Below are positions 18,131-28,020 of a DNA stretch of 64,000 nucleotides, in pieces. The DNA is from an uncultured bacterium. GTDB taxonomy: Bacteria; Auribacterota; Erginobacteria; Erginobacterales; Erginobacteraceae. Position numbers and translations under genes: made by a program. The stretch spans positions 160,001-224,000 of the forward strand of contig CAWGIE010000019.1 in NCBI GenBank assembly GCA_963822585.1, written 5' to 3'. Under the pieces are notes generated by a model, which saw only the letters and a list, made by a program, of their open reading frames with translations, did not search any database and was not told the origin of the DNA. The stretch's first letter is position 1; every line of letters begins with the position of its first letter.

Positions 18131-19870
18131 ATGAGATTACGCACCCGCCTCACCCTTTCCTTCGCGATTCTGACCGTCTTCACCATCACCGCCCTCCTGG
18201 TGATCTCCAAATTCGGAATCGACGACCTCTCCGATCGGAACATCCAGACGGCGATACAGGGCGTTGAAAATATCACGGAGAGAAACTATGAACTCTCCGA
18301 GGATATCCTGACCCGGTACGGGGAGAAGATCGTGGAGATGAAAGCCCGCAGCGTCGCCAACGAACTTTCGCTCCTGCTGGCCGGGCGGCGGGAATACAAC
18401 TACCCGGAACTGCGGGTCGACGAACGGCTCCGGAAGATCGCCACCCAGGACATTTACTCCGAGTTCCCCCGGGAACGGCGAGCCGGATACGTTGACGTCG
18501 GCGACGACGCCGGAAATTCCGTCTGGCATCCCAACAAGTCGGTCGAAGGAAAAAACTTCGCGGACTGGAAGGAAGAGTTTCCCGACATGTGGAAGTACGT
18601 GGTGCGGTCTTTCACTGAAGAGGAAGTCCGGGGCTATTATACCTTCCTGGACCGGGAGACCAATCAGCCCCGGAAAAAATACATGGTGACCAGACGGGTG
18701 GCAGGCACTCCCTTCATCGTCTACGCGACGGTGGAGATCGATTCCTACTTCCTCCCCGTACACCGGGCGATCCGGGAGGCGGGACGCGAAACCATCGCCG
18801 ATACCGCCCCCCGGATCAGAGCGGCGGCAGCGGCCTTCCGCGAGAACGTTCAGGAAAACGGCTTCATCCTGGGCGTCGCCGTTCTGATTATCGCCGGATT
18901 CTTCGGGTGGTGGCTGGCTTCCCGGCTTTCCCGCCCGATCCTCCGGCTCCGGGACGGGGTGCGGAAACTGGGCGAAGGCGATTTCAGCGTGGAGGTCGAT
19001 GCCGGGGGCAGCACGGAAACGGCCGATCTGACCAATGCCTTCAATCGGCTGGGGTCACGGCTGAAGGAGTACATGGAGAACCTGAGGAGAGAGGTGAGCG
19101 CCCGGGAGGCGGTGGAGAGCGAAGTGCGGATCGCCCGGCAGATCCAGGAATCTCTTCTGCCCCGTTCCTTCCCCCCCTTCCCCAACCGCCGGGAATTCGA
19201 TCTCTTCGCCTTCAACCTGGGGGCCAAAGAGGTGGCCGGCGACTTCTATGATTTTTTCCTGGTCGACGAAAACACTCTGGCCCTGGTCATCGCCGATGTC
19301 TCCGGCAAGGGCATCCCGGCCGCCCTCTTCATGGCGGTCAGCCGGACCGTTCTGAAAAATATCTGCGCCGGGGAGACCGATCCGGGCCGGGCCCTCACCC
19401 GGACCAACAACAGTCTCTGCCGTGACAATGACGCCTGCATGTTCGTGACCCTCATCCTCGGATATTACGACATACTCTCCGGACGACTCTCTTTCGCCAA
19501 TGCCGGTCATGATGAGATGCTCCTGGTGAAAGCGGACGGAACGATCCGACCGGTGGGAAAACTGGACGGCATCGCATTGGGCATCATGGAAGACCGGGAA
19601 TACCGAAGCGGCGAGTTCACCATCGAACCGGGGGATTCCCTGGTCTTTTATACGGACGGGATTACCGAAGCTACCTCGCCGGAGAACGAACTGTTCGGGA
19701 GAGAACGGCTGGAAACTCTCCTGAAGGAAACCGCCGGACGTACGGCGGAGGAGATCTGCGCACTGATCCGGAAGGCGGCGGATGATTTCCAGCAGGGCGT
19801 CCAGTTCGACGATATCACGGTAATGGTTCTGAAAAGAGCTCTACCCTGCTCGAAAATTATAACACCGTAA
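18131..19870 (+). CDS. Membrane-bound PP2C/SpoIIE (RsbU-like) phosphatase with periplasmic sensor and HAMP domain
   Basis: EVAGDFYDF, IADVSGKGIPAALFM, NAGH, YTDGITEA, QFDDIT. Confidence 0.93.
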   Translation: MRLRTRLTLSFAILTVFTITALLVISKFGIDDLSDRNIQTAIQGVENITERNYELSEDILTRYGEKIVEMKARSVANELSLLLAGRREYNYPELRVDERLRKIATQDIYSEFPRERRAGYVDVGDDAGNSVWHPNKSVEGKNFADWKEEFPDMWKYVVRSFTEEEVRGYYTFLDRETNQPRKKYMVTRRVAGTPFIVYATVEIDSYFLPVHRAIREAGRETIADTAPRIRAAAAAFRENVQENGFILGVAVLIIAGFFGWWLASRLSRPILRLRDGVRKLGEGDFSVEVDAGGSTETADLTNAFNRLGSRLKEYMENLRREVSAREAVESEVRIARQIQESLLPRSFPPFPNRREFDLFAFNLGAKEVAGDFYDFFLVDENTLALVIADVSGKGIPAALFMAVSRTVLKNICAGETDPGRALTRTNNSLCRDNDACMFVTLILGYYDILSGRLSFANAGHDEMLLVKADGTIRPVGKLDGIALGIMEDREYRSGEFTIEPGDSLVFYTDGITEATSPENELFGRERLETLLKETAGRTAEEICALIRKAADDFQQGVQFDDITVMVLKRALPCSKIITP

Positions 19871-20010
19871 AAATACATAAGTTAAAACCACGAAGGACAC
19901 GAAGATCACGAAGATTCTTAAAAAAGGGGTTAAATCTTATGGTTCTCTTTCATTTTGTGGGGGTGAATGCATTGTGCGTGTCATTCCGACTGTGTCGCAA
20001 CCTTCACAAT

Positions 20011-20112
20011 GGCATCGCGAGCCCCGGAGGGGAGAAGCGATCTCAATTTATGAATAGAATATGTTGTATTCCAATGGGTTGAGATTGCTTCGGCCTGCGG
20101 CCTCACAATGAC
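20011..20112. repeat. REP/RPE-like palindrome (GGCATCGCGAG..GAAGCGATCTC / GAGATTGCTTC..CTCACAATGAC)
   Basis: Nested inverted repeats in the intergenic space. Confidence 0.7.
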
Positions 20113-20149
20113 TTATTTTATAAAACCCATACTAAAAAAGAAAAAGCTC

Positions 20150-21409
20150 ATGACCGGGACCGGAAAAACCGCTTTGAAAATAACCATGTGGCCGGAGACG
20201 GCTCTGGTGGATGAACCGGTCGAGATCTCTCTCACCGGTCTCCAACCGGAAGAGACCGTCACCCTCCGCAGCGGACTGAATGACGCCCGGGGAATCCACT
20301 GGTCGGCCGACGCCGTCTTCCGGGCCGACAGCCGGGGGGAACTGCGGGTCGGAGACCGGGCGCCCCTTTCCGGGACCTATCACGAACGGGACCCGATGGG
20401 GATCTTCTGGTCGATGAGTTCCCCGGCCGGCGAGGGCTATCACCCCTCCCTGGAACCGGTCCCGATCACGATTCACGCTGAAACCGAAAAGGGGGAGACC
20501 GCCTCGACCGTTTTCCGGCGCCGTGCCCTCTCCCCCGGCGTTACCCGGGTGGAGCTTCGCGCAGAAGGACTGATGGGAGAGTTCTTCATCCCCGAGAAAA
20601 TACCGGCGCCGGCTGTTCTGACCCTGGGCGGCTCCGGCGGCGGTCTGCGGTGGTCCCGCGATGTGGCGGCGCTACTGGCTTCACGGGGATACGCCGCGCT
20701 GGCCCTGGCCTACTTCGGGCTGGAGGGACTACCCCCGACTCTGAAAGAGATTCCCCTGGAATATTTCCAGAAGGCGATCGAGTGGCTGAATAACCGCCTG
20801 GAGACCGGGAGCGACACCCTGCGCGTGATCGGGGTCTCGAAAGGCGGCGAGCTGGCGCTCCTGCTCGGTTCCGTCTTCCCGGCCGTCACCGGAGTGGCCG
20901 CCTTCTCCGGAAGCGGCATTGTATTCAACTGCCTTGACCGGGCAATCGCTTCATCGTGGACGTTCCGGGGGAAGCCGGTGCCCTTTGTTCCTTTTTCGGA
21001 TCTTTCCTTTTTCTCCCGGGCCGATTTCAGCCGCCCCCTGCATTTCGCCGAATTTTACCTCGACAATATGAAGGATCGCGCCGGCCTCCGGACCGCCGAA
21101 ATCCCGGTGGAGAAGATAGCGGGGCCGGTCCTTTTGATCAGCGGCGGCGAGGACGGGGTCTGGCCCGCCGGGCGACTTGCCGAACCGGTTCTCCGGAGAC
21201 GGCGGGAAAACGGCCAACCGGTTCTTCACCTGCATTACCCGGATGCCGGTCATTTGACGAAATACCCCTTTCTGCCCACCACCTCTCTCTCCCTGCGGCT
21301 GGAAGAGATGGGCTTCTCCATCTCATTCGGGGGCAGCGCCGGGGCCAACCATCGTGCCGGCGCCGCCGCCTGGCCCCGGCTGCTGGATTTCCTGGAGGAA
21401 GGCCCATGA
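20150..21409 (+). CDS. Acyl-CoA thioesterase/BAAT-family alpha/beta hydrolase
   Basis: LVDEPV, DPMGIFWSM, GVSKGGELAL, EDGVWP, YPDAGH. Confidence 0.9.
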   Translation: MTGTGKTALKITMWPETALVDEPVEISLTGLQPEETVTLRSGLNDARGIHWSADAVFRADSRGELRVGDRAPLSGTYHERDPMGIFWSMSSPAGEGYHPSLEPVPITIHAETEKGETASTVFRRRALSPGVTRVELRAEGLMGEFFIPEKIPAPAVLTLGGSGGGLRWSRDVAALLASRGYAALALAYFGLEGLPPTLKEIPLEYFQKAIEWLNNRLETGSDTLRVIGVSKGGELALLLGSVFPAVTGVAAFSGSGIVFNCLDRAIASSWTFRGKPVPFVPFSDLSFFSRADFSRPLHFAEFYLDNMKDRAGLRTAEIPVEKIAGPVLLISGGEDGVWPAGRLAEPVLRRRRENGQPVLHLHYPDAGHLTKYPFLPTTSLSLRLEEMGFSISFGGSAGANHRAGAAAWPRLLDFLEEGP

Positions 21410-22125
21410 ACGGCGGGGGTCTCGTGATTCCGCTGCTGGCACCGGCGATCGCTCTTTTCCTGGTTTCCGCCGGCCGGGCGGCGGAAGGAACGACGGACTT
21501 CACCGCCATAACGGAGCCGGCCGGCGGTGAAGAAATTTCCGTGCTCGATCATTTCCCCCTTCTGAACGGCCTGAGCTGGAAATATCGTTCCAACCTGGGC
21601 GACGTCTCCTCCCGGATCGTCGTCGACGGGGACCGGATCACGATCATCGCCGAGTCGTCCCCCCTCGATATCAAGCAAACTCTCCAGCTCACCCCTGAAG
21701 GACTCTTCCTGATCGAAGCCGAGAGCGATACTTTTCTCATCTCCACCCGGAGAACATATCACCCGTTCCTTCTCCGTTTCCCGCGCCGGGTCTCGATCGG
21801 AAAAAGCTGGAAATGGGAGGGGAGAGAAGTTGTCGACGGGGAGATCATCGAAAGCCGGGTCGCGGGGGTCATTGACGGCTGGGAGACGGTTGCCGTCCCC
21901 GCCGGGGAGTTCAGATGTCTGAAAGTTACCGTCCAGACCGTCTCCGATGACGGAACAACCAGCTCTTCCACGCAGTGGCTCGCCGCGGGTGTCGGCATCG
22001 TCAAGGCCGATATCAAGATCGATGCCGGCGGTTTCTCCGGTCTGATCATCTCCCTGCTCGGATACGATCATTACCATCTTGAACTGGAAGAGATGATCCG
22101 TCCCGGAGATGGTAAACATGATTGA
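21406..22125 (+). CDS. Exported hypothetical protein (VAVPAGEF..C / WLAAGVGIVK beta-rich family)
   Basis: ATGA overlap with upstream stop; signal peptide; FPL...W.Y motif. Confidence 0.75.
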   Translation: MNGGGLVIPLLAPAIALFLVSAGRAAEGTTDFTAITEPAGGEEISVLDHFPLLNGLSWKYRSNLGDVSSRIVVDGDRITIIAESSPLDIKQTLQLTPEGLFLIEAESDTFLISTRRTYHPFLLRFPRRVSIGKSWKWEGREVVDGEIIESRVAGVIDGWETVAVPAGEFRCLKVTVQTVSDDGTTSSSTQWLAAGVGIVKADIKIDAGGFSGLIISLLGYDHYHLELEEMIRPGDGKHD

Positions 22126-22164
22126 CCACACTCCCTCCTCTTGGTATTTTAGTAATAATTACTA
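22122..22164 (+). promoter_or_regulatory. Sigma70-type promoter with PerR/Fur-like 7-1-7 operator
   Basis: TTGACC-N17-TATTTT; TAGTAAT-A-ATTACTA at 22150-22164, upstream of rubrerythrin. Confidence 0.7.
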
Positions 22165-22194
22165 TTCATGATAGTTCGAACCCGAGGAGGCAGC

Positions 22195-22776
22195 ATGATG
22201 GAATTAAAAGGCTCACAGACGGAAAAAAACCTGATGACCGCTTTTGCCGGGGAGTCGCAGGCCCGCAATCGGTACACGTACTATGCCAGCAAGGCGAAGA
22301 AAGACGGATTCGTCCAGATCTCAAAGATCTTCGAGGAAACCGCCGACCAGGAGAAAGAGCACGCGAAGAGGCTCTTCAAGTTCATGACCGGCGGCGAAGC
22401 CGGGGTGGCCGAAGGTGCGGCTTATCCTTTCGGAGTCATCGCCGACACCAAGGCGAACCTGATCGAAAGCGCCGGCGGAGAGCACTACGAATGGACCCAG
22501 ATGTATCCGTCATTCGCCCGGACCGCCCGGGAGGAAGGGTTCGATGCCATTGCCGAAGCGATGGAATCGATCGCCGTGGCGGAGAAACAGCATGAGAAAC
22601 GCTACCTTGCCTTGGCCGAGAATATTAAACGGGGCCGGGTCTTTAAGCGGGAGAAGCCGGTTGTCTGGCGCTGTCTCAACTGCGGTTATCTGCATGAGGG
22701 GCCCGAGGCGCCGGAGTGCTGCCCGGCCTGCGCCCATCCCCGGGCCTATTTCGAACTGCTGGGAGAAAACTGGTAA
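22195..22776 (+). CDS. rbr: Rubrerythrin
   Basis: NLMTAFAGESQARNRY, EKEHA, WRCLNCGY...CPACAHP. Confidence 0.96.
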   Translation: MMELKGSQTEKNLMTAFAGESQARNRYTYYASKAKKDGFVQISKIFEETADQEKEHAKRLFKFMTGGEAGVAEGAAYPFGVIADTKANLIESAGGEHYEWTQMYPSFARTAREEGFDAIAEAMESIAVAEKQHEKRYLALAENIKRGRVFKREKPVVWRCLNCGYLHEGPEAPECCPACAHPRAYFELLGENW

Positions 22777-22844
22777 GGAAGGAATTTTTCAGTATTTTGT
22801 ATTAACTAAAATTGAAAACAGGGAATGTAATTAACAACGCCGAC

Positions 22845-22935
22845 ATGGAGTGTTGGAGTACTGGAGTAATGGAGTGATGGACAGGCAGCCACAGAACCCA
22901 TTATTCCATCACTCCAATACTCCATCACTCCATTA
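22845..22935. repeat. Octamer-periodic inverted repeat (TGGAGTRN x4 / NYACTCCA x4)
   Basis: Same unit family as 11215-11300, 23436-23468 and 63549-63632. Confidence 0.85.
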
Positions 22936-22976
22936 ATCCATGTGTAAAGCTTGTAATCCGAAAAAGGAGGTTAGTG

Positions 22977-23357
22977 ATGACCAAGAGGTTTGAAATCTAT
23001 AAGTGCGAGGTCTGCGGGAACATCGTGGAAGTGCTTCACGCCGGAGAAGGGGCGCTCGTCTGCTGCGGACAGGAAATGGCCCTGATGGAGGAAAAGACCG
23101 CCGACAAGACAGTCGAAAAACACGTCCCGGTGATCGAAGAGGTCGAGGACGGAACGGTCGTCAAGGTGGGGAGCGTACCCCACCCGATGCTGGAGGAGCA
23201 CTACATTGAATGGATCCAGATGATTTCTCCCGATGGAGTTCACGCTCCCCGGCATTTCCTGAAGCCGGGCGAAGCGCCGGAGACGAAGTTCAAAATGAAG
23301 ATGGCCGGCGCTAAAGCACGGGAGTATTGTAACGTTCACGGCCTCTGGAAGAGCTAA
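22977..23357 (+). CDS. dfx: Desulfoferrodoxin (2Fe superoxide reductase)
   Basis: YKCEVCGN..CCG, EKHVP, HPM..EHYIEW, YCNVHGLW. Confidence 0.96.
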   Translation: MTKRFEIYKCEVCGNIVEVLHAGEGALVCCGQEMALMEEKTADKTVEKHVPVIEEVEDGTVVKVGSVPHPMLEEHYIEWIQMISPDGVHAPRHFLKPGEAPETKFKMKMAGAKAREYCNVHGLWKS

Positions 23358-23542
23358 TTACCTGCGCCGGGATATAAAGGATCGGGGTGATTCATTTGAG
23401 TAGTCAGAGCCAGTCAAGGCGGCTGTTTAAGCGGCCATCATTCCAGTACCCCAACACTCCATTATTCCTTTATGGCACGGTCAGGCAACGGAACAGTCTC
23501 TTGATGTATTCTAGAGCATAATAGTTATCAGAGGAGGCCCCC

Positions 23543-24058
23543 ATGATCAGTGAAAAGATGCAAGACGCGTTGAACACCCAGATCAACAAGGAACTCTACT
23601 CGGCTTACCTTTATCTTTCGATGGCCGCCTACTGCGAATCGATCAACTTGAAGGGATTCGCCAACTGGATGACGGTCCAGGTCCAGGAAGAGCTAAGCCA
23701 TGCCCGGAAGTTTTTCGATTTCGTCAACGAGCGGGGAGGGAGGGTCAATCTGCAGCCGATCGACGGTCCTCCCACCGAATGGAAATCCACCCTGGCCGTC
23801 TTTGAGCACGTCTACGAACACGAACAGATGGTCACCGGCCTGATTAACGGCCTGGTCAGGCTGGCGCGTGAGGAAAATGATTACGCGACTGAAGCGGCGC
23901 TCCAGTGGTTTGTCACCGAGCAGGTGGAGGAGGAAGCCTCCGCCGTCGCAGTGGTGGAACAGTTGAAATTGGCCGGGGACAAGGGCGGAGGACTCTTCAT
24001 GCTCGACCGGGAACTGGGAACCCGCGTTTTCACTCCGCCCGCCGCGGCCGGAGCATAA
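23543..24058 (+). CDS. ftn: Non-heme ferritin
   Basis: [32 protein letters not shown]. Confidence 0.95.
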   Translation: MISEKMQDALNTQINKELYSAYLYLSMAAYCESINLKGFANWMTVQVQEELSHARKFFDFVNERGGRVNLQPIDGPPTEWKSTLAVFEHVYEHEQMVTGLINGLVRLAREENDYATEAALQWFVTEQVEEEASAVAVVEQLKLAGDKGGGLFMLDRELGTRVFTPPAAAGA

Positions 24059-24216
24059 GCGGTCGGATGATGCCGACCCGATGTGTGTCCTGGGGCGTCT
24101 GTCTGATTGATTGTACATCTTGCCATAGTTGATTAGTAATTGAGTTTAACCCTGTTCATGAATAATCCAGGTTAACTCACAAATATTGAATAGTATTTTC
24201 CCGGAGGAAAAATAAC

Positions 24217-24438
24217 ATGAAAGAAAAAGTGGAAGCAGCGTTGGAGAAAATAAGGCCGTTTTTACAGGCGGACGGCGGCGACGTGGAACTGATCGATGTA
24301 ACACCGGAGGGAATGGTCAAGGTCAAGCTGACGGGTGCCTGCGGCGGCTGTCCGATGAGCCAGATGACACTCAAGCACGGCGTGGAACGGGCGATCCGGG
24401 AAGAGGTCCCCGAGATCACCGGCGTTGAGTCCGTCTGA
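24217..24438 (+). CDS. NifU C-terminal domain (Nfu) protein
   Basis: [21 protein letters not shown]. Confidence 0.93.
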   Translation: MKEKVEAALEKIRPFLQADGGDVELIDVTPEGMVKVKLTGACGGCPMSQMTLKHGVERAIREEVPEITGVESV

Positions 24439-24559
24439 GCCGTGTTATTTTTATTGTACAAATTTTCCCCTTCATAGTAAAGTGTCCCCAATAATCCGGT
24501 CTGCCTCCGCGGCACGGCAGCAGGCTCCATCAAACACGCCCCATAAAGGAGGAGAACTG

Positions 24560-24886
24560 ATGGCTACCATCCGGAAAGGTGCGAAACTGGTTTGTGTGCG
24601 CTGCGGGCGCGAGATTGTCATCACCAACTCCGGGTATGCCCTGACCGATATCTGGTGCTGTATCCCAACCAACCCCATGGTCACGAAGGCCACGGCGTCA
24701 CAGTTAACCAGGGAAGCACAAAAGGAGGCTCCCATGAAGAAGGCCAAGAAGAAAGCCCCGGCCAAAAAGAAAGTCGCCAAGAAAAAAGTAGTCAAGAAGG
24801 TCGCCAAGAAGAAAGCCCCGGCGAAAAAGAAAGCCCCGGCCAAAAAAGCAGCCAAGAAAAAAGTCGTCAAGAAAAAGAAAAAATAG
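24560..24886 (+). CDS. CxxC/CC (desulforedoxin-like) domain fused to a histone-H1-like Lys/Ala-rich tail
   Basis: AAGGAGG RBS; CVRCG...WCC; KKAPAKKK repeats; second RBS+ATG at 24734. Confidence 0.8.
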   Translation: MATIRKGAKLVCVRCGREIVITNSGYALTDIWCCIPTNPMVTKATASQLTREAQKEAPMKKAKKKAPAKKKVAKKKVVKKVAKKKAPAKKKAPAKKAAKKKVVKKKKK

Positions 24887-24903
24887 GGATCTTCGTTTCC
24901 CTG

Positions 24904-24942
24904 AAAGGAGCCCCGGCCAGCCCGGGGCTCCTTTATTTTTTT
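24904..24942 (+). terminator. Intrinsic terminator
   Basis: AAAGGAGCCCCGG-ccagc-CCGGGGCTCCTTT followed by a T-run. Confidence 0.85.
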
Positions 24943-25051
24943 ATCCGGCGGTGCAGCCTCGAAGGCGGGTTCTGATGCACCCCACGCGTATGCGCGGCGG
25001 CCGCCATCGTGGTCAGCGGAGGCGGAAGAGCACACTTCGATATCATCAACC

Positions 25052-25804
25052 ATGAGTCCGGAGATCGACACCAGCGGGCGTCCCTTGACCATGGTTTTTG
25101 ATTTCGACGGCACCATCACCGAAAAAGACATCTTCGACGCCATCTTCAAACGCTTCGCCGACCCCGCCTGCTGGGAGGCGCACCGGGCCTATAACGACCG
25201 GGAGATCAGCATGAAGGAAGCCTACCTGGCGATGGCCGAACACTTCCGGGGCAGCGCCGCCGAGGTTCGCGATTTTGTCCGCACGTTCGCCCGACTCCGT
25301 CCCGGCTTCCGTGAACTGATGGAGCAACTCTCCGGCCGCGCTATTCGCTCGATGATCGTCTCCAACGGGTTCGACATCTACCTTCATTACCTCCTCAAGC
25401 TCTGGGCCCTGGCTTTCGATGAGCGAGATATTTTCTGCCACCACGCCGAGATCAAGGACGGCCGATTCATTCCTTCCTTCCGCGAGCACCGGTCCCTCCG
25501 GCATAACCGGTGCCTGATTGGGAAGGCGGAGATCATCCGGGAATTACAGCAATCGGGCTCGTTCGTCGCCTTTGCCGGCAACGGCTGGAGCGACACCCCC
25601 GCCGCCCATGTGGCCGACCTTATCTTCGCCCGGGACCGCCTGGCCGAATACTGCCGGGAGAAGAGGATTCCCTTCGTTTTTTTTAGAACCTTCGATGATG
25701 TCGCGGATTATCTTTTCGGGCCGCGAATCAGTGCAATCGGACCGATCGGTCGGATCAGACCGATCCGACTGATTAATTTTCCTTGTCGCGGGCGGACGGC
25801 TTAA
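25052..25804 (+). CDS. HAD-IB phosphatase, MtnX-like
   Basis: DFDGTIT, IVSNG, GK, GNGWSD, FARD.L. Confidence 0.85.
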   Translation: MSPEIDTSGRPLTMVFDFDGTITEKDIFDAIFKRFADPACWEAHRAYNDREISMKEAYLAMAEHFRGSAAEVRDFVRTFARLRPGFRELMEQLSGRAIRSMIVSNGFDIYLHYLLKLWALAFDERDIFCHHAEIKDGRFIPSFREHRSLRHNRCLIGKAEIIRELQQSGSFVAFAGNGWSDTPAAHVADLIFARDRLAEYCREKRIPFVFFRTFDDVADYLFGPRISAIGPIGRIRPIRLINFPCRGRTA

Positions 25805-25820
25805 GGAGAATAGTCTTATC

Positions 25821-26588
25821 ATGGAACACCCGAGTGACTCAAAAAGAATTCGCGCCAGCGGTGGTTACCGATCACTGCGCTCCTTCCGGGTGACAACGAT
25901 CATCTACGACGCCATGGTCTCGTTTTGCGACCGTTTTCTGGATAAACACTCACGCACTATTGATCAGATGGTGCAAGCGGCACGGAGCGGGCGCCAGAAC
26001 ATCGCTGAAGGCAGCCGGGCAGCGGCCACTTCAAGCCAGACCGAGCTGCGCCGGGTGAATGTCGCCCGGGCCAGTCTTGATAAACTGCTGCTCGATTATG
26101 AAGATTTCCTGCGGCGGCGGGGACTTCCTCAATGGGAGAAAGACGATCCTCAGGCGTTGGAAGTACGGGCAGTGGGGAAGAAAATCCGGACCGATCGGTC
26201 TGATCAGACGGATCAGTCGGATCTCAAGCTCTACGCCGCCTGGCTCAATCATGACGATCCGGCAGTGGTCGCCAACGCCGTAATCTGTCTGATTCACCAG
26301 GCCAATTACCTGCTCGACCGCCAGATTGCCGGCCTGGAGCGGCAGTTTGTCGAGGAAGGCGGTTACAGCGAACGGCTGGCGGCGGCGAGAATTGAACAGA
26401 GGAAGGCGCGCGACAATCGGCCGGATCCGTCTGATCGGTCCGATCGGTCTGATGGCCTCCCCCACTGCCCGCTCTGCGACGGCTTGATGGTCCTGCGAAC
26501 CGCCCGCAAAGGGAAAAAGACCGGGTCGCAATTCTGGGGCTGCAGCACGTTCCCGAAGTGCAAAGGAACCCGACCGCTTGAAGGATGA
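25821..26588 (+). CDS. Four-helix-bundle suffix domain protein with topoisomerase-type C4 zinc finger
   Basis: RTIDQMVQAARSGRQNIAEGS, NVARASL, GGYSERL, CPLC...FWGCSTFPKC. Confidence 0.88.
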   Translation: MEHPSDSKRIRASGGYRSLRSFRVTTIIYDAMVSFCDRFLDKHSRTIDQMVQAARSGRQNIAEGSRAAATSSQTELRRVNVARASLDKLLLDYEDFLRRRGLPQWEKDDPQALEVRAVGKKIRTDRSDQTDQSDLKLYAAWLNHDDPAVVANAVICLIHQANYLLDRQIAGLERQFVEEGGYSERLAAARIEQRKARDNRPDPSDRSDRSDGLPHCPLCDGLMVLRTARKGKKTGSQFWGCSTFPKCKGTRPLEG

Positions 26589-26657
26589 GAAGTTGTTGGT
26601 CTGTTGCCCGAATCGATGCGGCTACCTTCCAGATGATGCTCCTGAGGGAGCGCACTC

Positions 26658-27887
26658 TTACTGGGCGTGGTAGGTGCAGGCTATCAGCTTGATAGTGCTT
26701 CCTTCTTTTTCCCAGTCCACGTTCTCGAGCGCTTTGGCCACCGTGTAACCGTGGAGAAAGTCATCGTCCTGCTTCATCGCGTACCCCTCTTTATGTGACG
26801 TGGTCAAGTAATCTCCGATCTCAATATTGCCACCTTCTTGGGTGACGAGGATCTGACCGTCGCCGAGAGCGTATATGGTGTGGGTGTTCTCTGTATTCTC
26901 CTGCTTGCCCGCGTACACGCCGAAGACGGCCTTGTCGTAGGCTTTCCGGGAAGGTTCAACCCGGTAATCGACCTGGCGAGGTCTCTTCGGATTGACACGG
27001 ACCGCCTGAAGACTCATCACGGTTCCATAGGGATACCCTTCTTTGTTATTCTCATTCGGGATTGATGCCTCATGGTCGGCGGTAAATGTTCCGTAGGTCA
27101 CGGTCCCGCCGGTGAAAGAGATGCCCCCGACAGGATCGCCGTCACCATCGAAAAAACCGACCAGGTAGCTGGTTCCAACACCGGTATCACTTCCACACTG
27201 GATGACGATCCCGGCACGGTTCGAGTTGTTGCCATCGTTCTTAAATTCCGCCACGTAGCTGGCCTTGTTGTCCTCAACGTCCAGCGCAGATGACGGATTT
27301 GTCGTCCCGATCCCGACTTTAGCGCCGTGGATAACAAAAACCTTGTCGGCAAATACAGTTTGTCCGAAACTATCCGTCGTTCCGAAGCCGAAGGAATTCT
27401 CACCGCTGACCGTGATGGCTGTACCCATCGCGATGGATGACAACCCACTGGCAGTGACATTCGCTCCCAGCGCTATTGACTGGGTGCCGACGTTGGCATC
27501 GTCCCATTGGGCGCCGATGGCTCGCCCCGCCCGGAAGGCCCATTTCACCGGATCGTAGAAGAAATTGCCGCTCTGTTTCAGCCCCGACTGCCCCAGCGGG
27601 ATATCGCCGGTGCTGCCGAAGTAGGCCCGGGTGACGCCTTTCACCGCCCAGAGTCCGCTGCCGGGGCGGAAGAGGGCGATCTCGGCGGCGGCCCCTCCCC
27701 CGTAATCTCCCGGGACCGGTATATCGAGCTTCCGGCCGAAGTAAGCTCTCGTTACCCCCCGGACCGCCCAGAGGCCGACGCTCTCCCGGAATATGGCGAT
27801 GTCGTCCTTACCGTCCCCGTTAAAATCGGCGGCCGGCAAAAGCAGGCCAAAACTCAGGATGGACAGGCCAAGCAAAGCTGTTATCAA
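26658..27887 (-). CDS. Exported surface protein: FG-GAP-like repeats + YadA-like head repeats + C-terminal chaperone-like domain
   Basis: Signal peptide; DFNGDGKDDIAIFR; SIALG/SIAMG repeats; VGIGTTNP; GTFTADH...GDYLTTS...GYAMKQ; start uncertain. Confidence 0.7.
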   Translation of the reverse strand: MITALLGLSILSFGLLLPAADFNGDGKDDIAIFRESVGLWAVRGVTRAYFGRKLDIPVPGDYGGGAAAEIALFRPGSGLWAVKGVTRAYFGSTGDIPLGQSGLKQSGNFFYDPVKWAFRAGRAIGAQWDDANVGTQSIALGANVTASGLSSIAMGTAITVSGENSFGFGTTDSFGQTVFADKVFVIHGAKVGIGTTNPSSALDVEDNKASYVAEFKNDGNNSNRAGIVIQCGSDTGVGTSYLVGFFDGDGDPVGGISFTGGTVTYGTFTADHEASIPNENNKEGYPYGTVMSLQAVRVNPKRPRQVDYRVEPSRKAYDKAVFGVYAGKQENTENTHTIYALGDGQILVTQEGGNIEIGDYLTTSHKEGYAMKQDDDFLHGYTVAKALENVDWEKEGSTIKLIACTYHAQ

Positions 27888-28020
27888 GCTTCTTATCGCT
27901 GCACCTCATTTTTTCTTCGTAGAATTTTATGGTGTTACGTTTCCTGCTTCTAAACCTTAATAAAATGATTGTGGGAGGGATTTCCAACCCCGATTTTTGG
28001 TCCCGGGAATCGGAAACTTT

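Noticed and set aside
22170..22186. GTTCGAACCC as a tRNA T-arm
   Set aside because: No cloverleaf can be built; it lies in the rubrerythrin leader
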